Positions 1 to 11,200 of a DNA stretch of 64,000 nt are shown here, piece by piece. Position 1 is the first letter of the stretch; each line of letters starts with the position of its first letter. Both the position numbers and the translations under genes were made by a program. This stretch comes from Glycera tridactyla (Eukaryota), in contig OZ286475.1 of assembly GCA_965644265.1 (NCBI GenBank), positions 41,912,001 to 41,976,000 of the forward strand. Direction: 5' to 3'. Below the pieces are notes generated by a model that saw nothing but the letters and a program-made list of their open reading frames with translations, made no database searches and was not told where the DNA came from.

Positions 1-1257
1 GCCTGAAAATGGCTTCCACTGGCTTAAAAGAGCCATCTGAATAGGGCGCATGTGTAACCGCCCTAGATGGACTGTGTCTGAAAGACTTGACATATGGCCA
101 AGTAATTTCAGAACTGAACGCGCTGGCTGCTCGAGAACCCTTCGAAATAAACGAACCCAACCCTCCATTCTCTCTACTCTGGAAAGAGTGGGAAGGACCA
201 AGGACAATTCTGTGTCGAACTCGATCCCTAGATATACAAATTGTTGACTGGGAACCAAGTCCGATTTCTTGTCGTTGATGATCCAACCTAGCTTGCGTGC
301 AAGCTCCAGAGTATAGCGAAGGTGGGAAAGCAAAATCTCTGGGTCCTGATGTCTGAGCAGCCAGTCGTCCAGGTAGAAGTGAAACTTCATTCCTCTGGCA
401 TGTAAATCTTGCGCCACTTCCCTTACTAGCATTGTAAAGATGCGAGGAGCAGTGCATAGCCCGAAAGGTAGAGCCCTGAACTGAAAAGCCTGTGTGGACG
501 ACAGGGCAAACCTCAGGTATTTCTGGAACTCCGGATTGATGGGTACATGAAAGTAGGCGTCCTTCAGGTCGATGGATACTGTCCAATCGCCTGAAGAGAT
601 CGCTTTCACTATCGACCGAGAAGTTTCCATTTTGAACCTCTGATTGTAAATGTGTTGATTCAGAGGTTTCAAATTTATAATCGGTCGATAGCCCCCTGTT
701 GCCTTCGTTACCAGAAATATCCTGCTGTAGAACCCTGCCGACCCGTCCTGAAAAATAGGAACAATCGCTTTCTTGTCCAGCATCGATTGAACCTCCTCCA
801 ACAAAGCTTCCCTCTTTGGATTGCCCCTCTTCGGAAGAGCAAAAGGACGCCAGGTCGGGGATAATATGGGGTTTTCCCTGAAAACCCAAGACAGGCCTGA
901 TTCTACAATGTTCAGGATAAACCTGTTCGTTGTCAGCTTCTGCCATTCGTCTGCAAAAGCAGTCAACCTCGCTCCTACAATCTTTGCAGGAGTGACGCGC
1001 GCACCCCTAGGGCTGAGTAGCACGTCCTCTGCCCCTCTTCTTGAAGAAAGGCTTGTCCTTCTGGGCTGATTTTCCAGGGACAGTGACTTGTAATTGAGGT
1101 TGATGAACTGTCTCCTGATCAGTATTTTGACCCCTACCTCTACCTCTTCCTCTACCACCGGAACCACGTTTCTTCTTGTTCCCCCTCCAGTTACTCGAAG
1201 ATTTGGAAGAGGTATAAGGCTTAGCCTCCTTAAATTTCCCTTTGCGAGAATCCAATT
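1..1257 (-). CDS. DIRS reverse transcriptase (pol), partial; frame stays open to the window edge
   Basis: Manual translation, no stop from 1257 to 1: VGARLTAFADEW...GFYSRIFLVTKATGGYRPIINLKPLN...FKMET...IDLKDAYFHVPI...FQFRALPFGLCTAPRIFT...FYLDDWL (YLDD at 375-364)...INDKKSDLVPSQQFVYLGIEFDT...LLGHMSSLSDTVHLGRLHMRPIQ. Absent from the ORF track because there is no stop inside the window. Confidence 0.95.
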
Positions 1258-4200
1258 CTATATTCCGTCTCTTAAGGGCTCTTTCGGCTGCTATATCGCT
1301 TGCCTCGTCCAACTTGCCCCCAAAAAGAAATTCTTGCCCCAAAGGAAGGGTACGCAATTTTGCTTTGACTTCTGTGTCAAACTTCATGGACTTGAGGGCA
1401 GTTGATCTCCTGGCTAATTCAAGGTTACCTACAACCTTACCAACCATAATGGCCACATGTTCCACCGCATGCAAACCAACTCTTATGGCTTCTCTAGCCT
1501 TTTCCTGAGTCTCCGGAGATTTATCATCTCCTTCAGCTCCAGTTAAACCAGTGGCTAAGGCTATGTCGGTGTAAGACAAAACTTTGAGACTATCCCTAAG
1601 GATTGCCTCTTCCGGACTGGGTTTAAGGTCATTTTTCGATGCACTTCCGTGCTCTGAATAATCGGGGTCTATCAGCGGGGGAATTACTGAAAACTTAGAC
1701 TTATCCTCTGTAGGTCTGAGCTTGTACACCCTAGAGTTACATCCATATATCCTCGGATAAGCACTCTTAAAGGTCTTCGAGAGTGCTTCTGTTCTTCCCC
1801 CTTTGCCAATCTTAAAATCAGTTAAGGGAACCTCCGAGGTCTGTGGGGACTCATCTTCTTCTCTGCCTTGTAGGGCCCTGTTCATAATTTTCTGAACATT
1901 GCCCACCAAAGGTGAAATGGGCAGAGAACTATCTATCAGGAAGTCTATGTCCTTACTGCGTCTGCACGCTGCAAAAGACGTGTCAAACTTCCCAGAAGAG
2001 ATACCAATACCCTCCCTAGAAATAGGGTCAGGGTCCTTAATGATGTTTGTCAATGTTTCTGACGCAAATCTTCTGAAGGATGACATTCGTCTCTTGACGT
2101 CAGGTCTATCATCTTCTTCCGAGTCTGCCGAAACTACAGACTGACTTTCGTCATGGCTTCTCTTTCTATTGTCCCTCTCTCTTAGCATTTTCACTTCTTC
2201 TCTAAGAGACTCGACCTGAGCCAAAATATTTGCATCAGGTTGAGAAGAACTGATCTTCAGTTGAGGAGTTTGAACCGAATATGGTAATTTCTGAATGTCT
2301 CCCATAACTGCAGGTTGTGCTGAGGTAGCTGTATGAGGGATAATATTTGGGGGTCTGACTGGAGAAAACTTCTTCTTCATATGTCCTTTCTCCTTCCACC
2401 ACTCTAGAATATCTATTGGCTGGCTATTGACACATCTTCCTTCTGCATTAACAGCTGATCTTAGATTCTCTGATGTCTGAGACACAGAGGCCAATTCTTC
2501 CGGAATCTTAACTACCGGTTGAGTGATATGATGGGAAGATACTGAAGAATTAGAATCTGATTCTTTAGAAATATCCACCGATTTGTATGAGGAATGAACA
2601 GATTCTGAATCTTGTGAAACTGATCTTGACCCTTCACCAAACTGAGCGGAGTCAGGATAATTTGACCCAGATTCTGACTTACTAGTAGACTTAACTACCA
2701 TAATAGAAGAACCCGATTGATGTTTAATAACTCTCTGAGTGTTCTCCTCATCTGCAGTCTCTGAGACATTTATCTTCACAATCGAAGAACTCTGTGACCC
2801 CTCTAAAGTACTCTTGTGGCTAAGTACTGGTAGATTACCTGCGTCTGTAATATCATCTTTGAAAGTAACGTGAAATCTGACTTGAGAATCAATTCCAAAA
2901 ACATTCTCCGGAAGATCAGAACCTGACAAACAGTCACGGACTACATAAGAAATTAATTCTTTCTCCGGATCTGAATTTCTAGAGGCAAATCTCTCAGATA
3001 GAGAGGCTCCTTTCCTGATGATTTCCTCTGGTAAAATAATCTCTCTGCCAAAGGACGCGAAAATATCTCTGGCCCTACTGGCATCTACAGTACCATGTGA
3101 AGCTGGGATAGCTAACGCCTTAGCATCCTCTACAGACAAACCTGGGGCTGCAATTATCTGGATATGTTCCTGACCAGGTAACAATGCCTCTGGGATCAAA
3201 ATTGCGTTAGCATAACCTTGTTCTGGCTGATCACCCATACCTCTATCTCCCCTGTTCAGCTCAGGAGAAGACTCAATAGACCTATGAGAGGGTTTAGGAT
3301 TAGAGGACATGACTGGAATTTTAAATCCCTGACTGTCAACCTTAAAGGAAGACTTAGTGGAAGATAGAGAGTCTGCCTTATCTACCTTACCAGAGTGTAC
3401 CGTCCTATGAGATGGCCTAGAACTCTTAGATCTCGCTGACGCAGGAGATCTCACCTCTGATCTACCTCTTTCTGTTAACACCGGTAGGACAGACAGAGAC
3501 CCATGGGACCTAAAACTTCCATCTTGGGATAAATTTGGTCTGATAGGTGACTCACCGGACACACCGGACACACCTGACACTCCGGACACTCCAGACTTGC
3601 CGGACACTCCGGACACTCCTGACTTGCCTGACACCCCGGACACACCGGACTTGCCGGACTTGCCGGACTTGCCGGACTTGCCGGACACTCCTGACTTGCC
3701 GGACACCCCGGACACACCGGACTTGCCGGACTTGCCGGACTTGCCGGACACTCCTGACTTGCCGGACACACCGGACACACCGGACTTGCCGGACACACCG
3801 GACTTGCCGGACACACCGGACACACCGGACTTGCCGGACTTGCCGGATAAGCCGGACTTGCCGGATAAGCCGGACTTGCCGGATAAGCCGGACACACCGG
3901 CCTTGCCGGACACGCCGGACACACCGGACCTGCCAGACACTCCGGACTTGTCGGACACGCCGGATTTTCCGGACACACCGGGCTTGCCTGCCCTGCCGGA
4001 CCTTCCTAACTCGCTGGGTAAAACTGACCTGCCAGACCCACCGGACACACCGGACACGTCAGACAAACCAGATTTCTTGTCTGAATGAGTTTGAATGTCG
4101 GAAATATCAGCATTAGCGGACAGAATCTTCTGGTCGGACCCACTAACTCTGCCAGATATGTCAGCACTACCGGACCCAATGGACCCACCGGACACACCGG

Positions 4201-4957
4201 ACACTTTCCTATCAGCTACTCCAGACTCAATATTCCCAGTAGATTTACCAGATTTTCCTGACAAGAGTGACGTAGCTTTAGAAGATCTCTTGAGCAGAAC
4301 CTGTAGCCTTTTAATAGGCTGGACACTATCCCCACTAGCTGGCTGGGCCAAAACCTCTGGCTGGCACTCAACCCTTCCGGACTTAACTGGACTGCTAGAA
4401 CTGGTTTGTGTCTCAGACAACTTCTCTGAATGACCAGGAGAGAACTTCTCAATCGACTGGTCACTCAGAGTAACGGGTGTTGTCCCTCCAGCTGTCCTAC
4501 CGCGGTCCTTAAAAGGACTCTCGACCGGACGGACTGCCGGACTACCCACTAAGGGATTCTCGGATTTGACTCCTGAAGCAGATTCCAAACTAGAAGAAGA
4601 ATAGCCTCTACTTCTACCCTTAGCCAACTTCCATGATTTGGGTCCCACAACCTCTCTAGTGACAGATGCAGGTCTAGAACTGTCAACCCTTGCAAGGGGA
4701 CTAAACTCAGCTTGCGGCCTAGACACAGTAGCACACCTAGAAGTATCAGATTTCTTTTTAGATTTGTAGGTCCTCCTAGCTGCGTGTCTATCCCATTGAT
4801 TGCTAGACCAAACTGAACAGATATTACAGAATACCTCATCTGACTGATAGTCCCCTGTGGACTGTCCACACGGACGGCAAGAGGGACAGAGAGGGTGGTC
4901 ATCCCAACAGGCAACATAGTGGCCACATAGGCCTCTTTTCTGGTTCTTAGAAGACAT
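1007..4957 (-). CDS. DIRS gag-like ORF1, 1316 aa
   Basis: Uninterrupted ORF directly upstream of and overlapping RT. It has an N-terminal Cys/His cluster (CGH...DDHPLCPSCRPC...CNIC), a Ser/Gly-rich middle, a C-terminal LPLGQEFLFGGKL motif and a basic RG-rich tail, a layout typical of animal DIRS gag. Confidence 0.88.
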   Translation of the reverse strand: MSSKNQKRGLCGHYVACWDDHPLCPSCRPCGQSTGDYQSDEVFCNICSVWSSNQWDRHAARRTYKSKKKSDTSRCATVSRPQAEFSPLARVDSSRPASVTREVVGPKSWKLAKGRSRGYSSSSLESASGVKSENPLVGSPAVRPVESPFKDRGRTAGGTTPVTLSDQSIEKFSPGHSEKLSETQTSSSSPVKSGRVECQPEVLAQPASGDSVQPIKRLQVLLKRSSKATSLLSGKSGKSTGNIESGVADRKVSGVSGGSIGSGSADISGRVSGSDQKILSANADISDIQTHSDKKSGLSDVSGVSGGSGRSVLPSELGRSGRAGKPGVSGKSGVSDKSGVSGRSGVSGVSGKAGVSGLSGKSGLSGKSGLSGKSGKSGVSGVSGKSGVSGKSGVSGVSGKSGVSGKSGKSGKSGVSGVSGKSGVSGKSGKSGKSGKSGVSGVSGKSGVSGVSGKSGVSGVSGVSGVSGESPIRPNLSQDGSFRSHGSLSVLPVLTERGRSEVRSPASARSKSSRPSHRTVHSGKVDKADSLSSTKSSFKVDSQGFKIPVMSSNPKPSHRSIESSPELNRGDRGMGDQPEQGYANAILIPEALLPGQEHIQIIAAPGLSVEDAKALAIPASHGTVDASRARDIFASFGREIILPEEIIRKGASLSERFASRNSDPEKELISYVVRDCLSGSDLPENVFGIDSQVRFHVTFKDDITDAGNLPVLSHKSTLEGSQSSSIVKINVSETADEENTQRVIKHQSGSSIMVVKSTSKSESGSNYPDSAQFGEGSRSVSQDSESVHSSYKSVDISKESDSNSSVSSHHITQPVVKIPEELASVSQTSENLRSAVNAEGRCVNSQPIDILEWWKEKGHMKKKFSPVRPPNIIPHTATSAQPAVMGDIQKLPYSVQTPQLKISSSQPDANILAQVESLREEVKMLRERDNRKRSHDESQSVVSADSEEDDRPDVKRRMSSFRRFASETLTNIIKDPDPISREGIGISSGKFDTSFAACRRSKDIDFLIDSSLPISPLVGNVQKIMNRALQGREEDESPQTSEVPLTDFKIGKGGRTEALSKTFKSAYPRIYGCNSRVYKLRPTEDKSKFSVIPPLIDPDYSEHGSASKNDLKPSPEEAILRDSLKVLSYTDIALATGLTGAEGDDKSPETQEKAREAIRVGLHAVEHVAIMVGKVVGNLELARRSTALKSMKFDTEVKAKLRTLPLGQEFLFGGKLDEASDIAAERALKRRNIELDSRKGKFKEAKPYTSSKSSSNWRGNKKKRGSGGRGRGRGRGQNTDQETVHQPQLQVTVPGKSAQKDKPFFKKRGRGRATQP
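3552..4205. repeat. Coding 9-bp minisatellite inside gag
   Basis: Units CCGGACTTG / CCGGACACA / CCGGATAAG encode KSG / VSG / LSG on the minus strand. About 47 units form the core (3552-3980), with degenerate units to ~4205. Confidence 0.97.
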
Positions 4958-5611
4958 GGTACATAGGTGAATGACAATGATATGAAAATCACAGACCCTC
5001 GGCCGGACAGTCCGGTCAGGTCATTTCAAGACGTCATATAAGGTCACCACAGCTGTCAAGTACAAAATATCTTCTGAAATAAGAACAACAATTATCTAGC
5101 GCGCTCGCCGAACAAGGCGGAACAGTGCTAAGATACCGAACTAACGGTACGGTGAAGCTCGATAGCGGGCGAAACTGTTTTACCTAGATAGTTTGGCAAA
5201 AACGTGTGAGAATTTCAAAAGCTCCGTTATCGCGAAGCGAAACGGAAAAATACGAGGTGCGCTTGCGCGAGTTTGTTTACGTGGCGAGCGCAGTTCCACC
5301 GGTTTGCACGGGGAACGGATAGAGTTGGGGTGACATCTGAGAGAAGATTTTTAATTGTATTAAAGTTCGAAGTGGGCGATTCAATGAGAATGAATGCATA
5401 ATTTGATGGAGAAACCAGGTTGTGTGTTAACCATATTGATAGCCATCACATTCTCGACTGTGCTACTGGTGATCACCGAGTGCAGCAGTGCTGATGTATC
5501 ACAGGGGATTATATAGGGATCATCTCTCCTTGGATGATCAGAGGGTCGCCGAGCCATTCATCAGCTGACCAAGGCAACCCTCTCCCATTCCACAGAGTTG
5601 ATCTTTGTCGA

Positions 5612-5663
5612 TACGACAGACAGACAGACAGACGGACAGATAGACAGACGGACAGACAGACAG
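5612..5663. repeat. (GACA)n microsatellite
   Basis: Direct reading; similar tract at ~6690-6728. Confidence 0.9.
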
Positions 5664-5739
5664 TTGACCTGCGCATGACATCACCCGATTAAAGTTTCCA
5701 TACGTCTATACACCACGACTCTACCAATCACAACTTCAC

Positions 5740-6686
5740 CTCGCTAGCACTGAAGACCGAGAAATTCTGCTCATAGGAATGATTGAGTTCACTTCAAGAG
5801 ATCCAATCAACCAGTATAACTTCCAATCACATCGCACAATGCCGACCTCTCTATTTGCATAAGAAACTGAGAAGAGTACATCGCTACCATCGAGTTTCTG
5901 TACACAAGCGCATACAATATAGCGTGAACTTTCATTGCTTGACCATTGACTGGCCAATCTGCTGCAAGATTGGTAGAGCACTTTCAATTCATTCCCTCCA
6001 TCTACCTAAAAGGATGAACAAGATCGGTCATTCCAAATACCATATTTCCATCTACAAACCAGTTCGGTTCGTATCTTACTATCAAACATATGTGTAATTC
6101 ACCTGCAGTTTATTGGACTATTGGGTTAACTTCCAGCTGAGGACATGATGAGATATGTAGAATGTAGGGAGACGTGTGTCTGAAACTACGGGCATTTCCA
6201 TATTTATCTATTTATCTGTTTATTTATTTATTCATTTAACAGTTCTTTATACAGGAATGACACGACAAGTAAATGGATAATTATTCATTCAACAGTTCTA
6301 TTCACAGGAATGACACAACTAGTACATAAAAAGGACCCGATATAATGTGACACCCTGTCATACATCTCCATTCAGCCAATCATACAATCATTCATCTCAT
6401 AGCATTCAAATTTCTATCACGCTCTCATGCAGTAGATACAATCAGCAAGCATTATCATTCAGTATCGGACTTATTCAACTAAATCAACCTGTTGACAACC
6501 TATCTCAGGTCCTCACTGTCTATTAGTTATTAGGGCAGCATAATGCTGGTCACACCAGCTTATCTCAGCGAAGGGATCCAGGGGACCAATGGATCAAATG
6601 ATTCAGAAATGTGTCTCTATACTCGGGCAAATGTGCTTATATCAAGACAGCCGGCCAGTCAGATTTTGATTGCTCTCGGTAGCCAT
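5740..6686 (-). pseudogene. Decayed NLR/NACHT-like fragment (copy Z)
   Basis: Start-like ATGGCTACCGAGA at 6686, shared with copies A and B. VDGGNELKVLYQSCSRLASQWSSNESSRYIVCACVQKL resembles the Walker A / KLAxxW / hydrophobic strand region of NACHT domains. Motif resemblance only. Confidence 0.3.
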
Positions 6687-8030
6687 GACCGAGACAGACA
6701 GACAAACTGACAGACAGACAGACAGACACTGAATGTTTCTATGCATTGTTGTTCTTCTAGGAACGACAATACCAATTTCATCAATTCAAAGAGGGATTCT
6801 ACTGGAAACAATATACAAGTCACTGGATCGATCAATCATTTTTTCGAGAGGAGTATTCAAATTTAACTTCAAGTTTAACTCTGTACCCCGAATCAATCAA
6901 TAATCTCAATCGGAATGATACAAAAACTTTGACATCAACCAATCAATCAATCAAATAATCAATCCCTCTATCAATCGATCGATCTGTCAGATTCAACTTC
7001 ACAGCCGACAGTGTTGATTGAGTCTGCGTATGCCTGGGATGTGTTGTGTGTCTGTGAACGAATGTCTGGATAAAAAATGGATTGTTGCGAAAGCTACAAG
7101 CCAGAGACTATGGTACACTACAATGGGGCGATACGGGTGAAGCAACGATTTCCCAGCCTGTAGCCCGAGTGTACCTCGGTAACCTATTCCAAAAAATGCA
7201 GAACTTCGACCGAATTCCATTGCTCTGCTGAAGTATGATAGAAAATGATATCGCAAATGAACATGCATGCTTTGCAGATTACCTGAGATGGTACGACATT
7301 GTTAGATAGCCATCTTCATCATCCGCTTCATTCGATCAGCTAATGATTAATTATGACATCATTTTGTGGAAGGTGTGATGTCATTATCTATAGAGTGTTG
7401 TGAACACGTGTCTTGTGTAGGGTGATAATGCAAGTAATTGTTCTCTCATTCCACGAATTCTATCTCCCTAATCTCGCTCTCAGCATAATTGGATGCGTCT
7501 GGCTTCACTAGTTACTTCACAGTCTGCATCGATTATGGTTGGCGAAATGGTGACTGTGTCTATGAGACTTTCATGCTCTGTCCTCATCACCTTGTGTTCA
7601 AGGTTTGTGTGAGTGGTGCCTGCTAGAGACAGGACAGCTAGCTTCCAATGACCGGGAACATGCGGCATGCATACTCCTCCGGGTTTATACACGCAGTTGA
7701 ACATCAATCAAATCAATCGTCGTGGTCCCCGGTCCCGACTGCGCACTCCGCTTTCTATTTCTACCTGTCTTTGTCCGTTCTTCCTTCTTTCCACTCATCC
7801 TTTATCCATCCATCCATCTATATGTCTGTCTGGTAATTGGTTGTGGTTGAAATTCGAGAGTATGTATCAATCCGAAAGAATTCGTATGGCATCCATTCCT
7901 GTATCATGAAAGCTGCATTTCCCTCTCGCCCCTGCAGTCACCACCCTCACACATCCTGAAAATGCTATATTTTTATCAAGTCTAAGTAGCCGACATCATT
8001 GTCATACACCATGGGTATACTTTGACGGAT

Positions 8031-8225
8031 AAATGAAAAGATTATCAAATATAAGTTGCTGGCTGTTCAAAGATACCTCTAAAGATTATGGATATTGCTC
8101 AAAGCCAAAGATAATTCACGCAATGTAGCCGAAATGAAAAGATTATTAAATGTAATTTGCTGGCTGTTCAGAGACACCTCTAAAGATCATCGATATTGCT
8201 CAAAGCCAAAGACAATTTATGCAAT
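8031..8225. repeat. 101-bp tandem repeat, 2 copies (unit A)
   Basis: AAATGAAAAGATT...GTTGCTGGCTGTTCA...GATATTGCTCAAAGCCAAAGATAATT; units start at 8031 and 8132. Confidence 0.9.
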
Positions 8226-11200
8226 GTAACAATTGTCAATCACTTTTTGCCTCTTTGGTCCTCAATACACTGAATAGCTTACTCGCGGCATCAGGTGTTT
8301 GTTGGAGTCTTGTGTGATTAGGGAAGTTTTAAGCTGAAATTGAGAACCCGAGTATGTTGTGTGGTGAGCTGTTTCTGTCAGCCAAGCTGACACCAATATG
8401 CATTCCTAAATGACACGACCAGGCAGATGATAAGGTTTGCTAGACAGAACTTCCCACGAGTCACACGGCAACTGATAACGAGGCCGACACAGGGACAGAT
8501 AGTAAACATGCTGACAGGGCAATGGACGGACAAATGAACATAGGGACGGATAGCAAGACAGTTCGACTCACCGGAAGACTAACAATCACCGGAAGACTAA
8601 CAAACTAACAGATGGCTAGAAAGACATCAATTTTCTGAAGGTTTGTCTGACAGACAGACACACATCCAAACACACAAACAGACACCCAAACATACACACA
8701 AACAACAAACAGTCGGATGGAAAGTCAGATTGACAGCAAGACATACATACAGAACCGGGTGAGGATGCGAAGGGGAGTGAGCATCATTCTCGCACTAATG
8801 ACAAGAGTGTTCGAATTAGTCACTCCTTCAACTCTCTGAACGCCAATGTAACATCGCACAACAGATCAGTTGGAGCAAGTTTACATGCTGTTACTCCATC
8901 AGAATGGTTTGCAAAGGACCTATTCAAGACAGTCAATGGATCCCAGATGAGTTGACCTATGCACGGAATGAGTCGTGCAGGCCTCAGGAGGATACAGTAT
9001 AGTGTGGAGTTCGTGTCTCCCTTCTTGACTGCTATCCGGTGCTTAATTGTAATTTACGATCTAGTCCGACTCTCGAATTGGTCCCGCAGTCGCCATCAAT
9101 CCAAATTCTCTGATAGGTGAGGGCATTTGTTCAAAAGTAGAGCGGGCGCCCTCAACATCCAGGGAGCAGTTATCCAAGAAAAAGCAATTACATTTCAAGA
9201 CTGAAGGGACAGTCTTCATCAGCGTTGTAACGTTGTAACGAATATTGTATGAGGTCAGGTGATAGCGGGGTTCCCTGGTCAATGATGAGGACACTCACTG
9301 GAACGACTTCTATATCAACAAAGGGTTAAACCTGACATATATGGAAGCATCGAAGACTTGACTAAACGAAAAGCAGTACATCAAATTTTCAATCGCATAT
9401 ATAAGAATGCATCAGAGTTTTGAGTAATTGAATCACTAAGTATCGCATGCCCAGAAGAACCATTCCAGATTCTCAGGTCAACGAATTAACATCGTATTGA
9501 AAGCCAACTGCACTGAATATATAATGTAATGGAAATTTAATGCATTAATTGCTTGATATGGATTATTGAGATGTATTCTCGACTGAAGCAGACCAATAAC
9601 GATGTATTGATGGCTTACCCGAATGGCATACAAGAATTGCATACTCAGCTGAAACAATTGTCACAACAATACATTTTAGACTATAATGAAAGAAAAGATT
9701 GGAATGGCTCAACTAAGGCCCTTCCAATCCAGATATTTCACCATTAATCTGGTAATGTTTGATAGAAGAATGGGGGACAATTGCACTGCTGCCAGTGACG
9801 CATACGAGGCAAGAAATGAATATATGGATGGGAAATGGAGCTCGAATATGTATCAACTTTGATGTCGGCTTGATTCGAGACGATGCCTGAATGGATCTAT
9901 AAATATGCGTGTCTTACTGCGTTATCCTGGATATCCGAAAACACTGTCAATGTGTCGGGAGAGATGATTGCACCATTGCTTTGTAACGAACACGGTCTCA
10001 AAGTGAATCAAATATTGCAACAAATTTCAAGCAATCCATCTAGTCTGTACTATTCAGAATAAGTTCAACGATGTCAGCATCGATGACGTCTTCTGACGGT
10101 GCTTCCATCAAAGGGGGTGTTGATGATTGTTCGTCGATTGTTTGATTGATTGATTATCATATTGATTCATTCATTGATATGTTCCCAATCTTCGAGAAAA
10201 ATTATCGCTCCCCGCAGGCATCAATCTCACAAACTCTGAAGTATGAGGTAGCAAAGGATTTGTCGACTGTAAATAGCTAACAATTTAGACACACCCATAC
10301 ATGCATCACGAAATCCTGTTGGAAGTAATGGTAGCAGATCCATCCATGTAGGTGAATGAAAACTCAAAATCACTGAAAGCAAATATCAGACCTTGATACC
10401 ACCGGAATGCATATAAGAGGGCCGGCCGATGCCTTATGGCCATCTTTTCTTTTGGGTATCATCATATTGCTAGAGTAAATCATCGTTAATGTGCTGGCAC
10501 ATGCCCATTCAGTGCGGAAGGCCGCCATCTTCCTGTGATGACCAAGATAAAACCCCCTCTCATGGGAGTAGACCTCCAGCCATCCCACGTAAGCTAAGAC
10601 CGCAAGACCTTTTGTGAGATCACTTCTAGATCCTGTGATATCTTATTGATCTCGTGGGAAATCCGGCTATCATTATCACACAGGGCGAGCCTGATACCCT
10701 CATAATTGATGTACTGAAGGCAGGAGGAGATGAGCTGAATGGATGCTAACAGCATGCTGTGTTGCCGGTAATATGAAGAGGTGTTGGGTTCCACGTCACT
10801 TTCAAACTCACAAGCTCATAGCGAGACACAGATGTACATGCATACCCCTTGGATCTACCGGAACAAGAACATCGATTGGGAAATCTTATGGCAAACACCA
10901 ATTGTATCTCAAAATTTTCATTTTGTCTTCATATTTCATCCATGATACAAGCATAATGACATTTTGGATCAACCCTGGATTTGCATATCCACAGCATCGG
11001 CTACATAGTTACCACAAGACAGCACGCATATTCCTGATGATAAAGATTTATCTTCACTTCATGGGGCCTGTCAAGATAATACAAACAGAATTACTGGTTC
11101 TGCTGAATGAAAACAAGAGGATGGAGATATGGTTCATTTTCCCATTTTATTCAAGCCGTAAGGGTGGAAAGAGCTGAGCAGATATGTCAATTTTCTCGCA

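Larger units (their letters stand above)
1..5352 (-). mobile_element. DIRS-like (tyrosine recombinase clade) retrotransposon, 5' part; continues beyond the left edge of the window
   Basis: Overlapping gag and RT frames with DIRS-type RT motifs. The 5' boundary (~5352, minus strand TTAAAAATCTTCTCTCAGATGTCACCCC) is approximate because the matching terminal repeat, RNase H and YR lie outside the window. Confidence 0.88.

Noticed and set aside
1233-1241. GGGAAAT slippery heptamer as a -1 frameshift site for gag-pol
   Set aside because: The heptamer is phased in the RT frame rather than gag, and RT is +1 relative to gag.
3475-4116. ORFs 3475-3978, 3547-4116 and 3597-4088 as real overlapping genes
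   Set aside because: They are alternative readings of the stop-free 9-bp minisatellite in gag.
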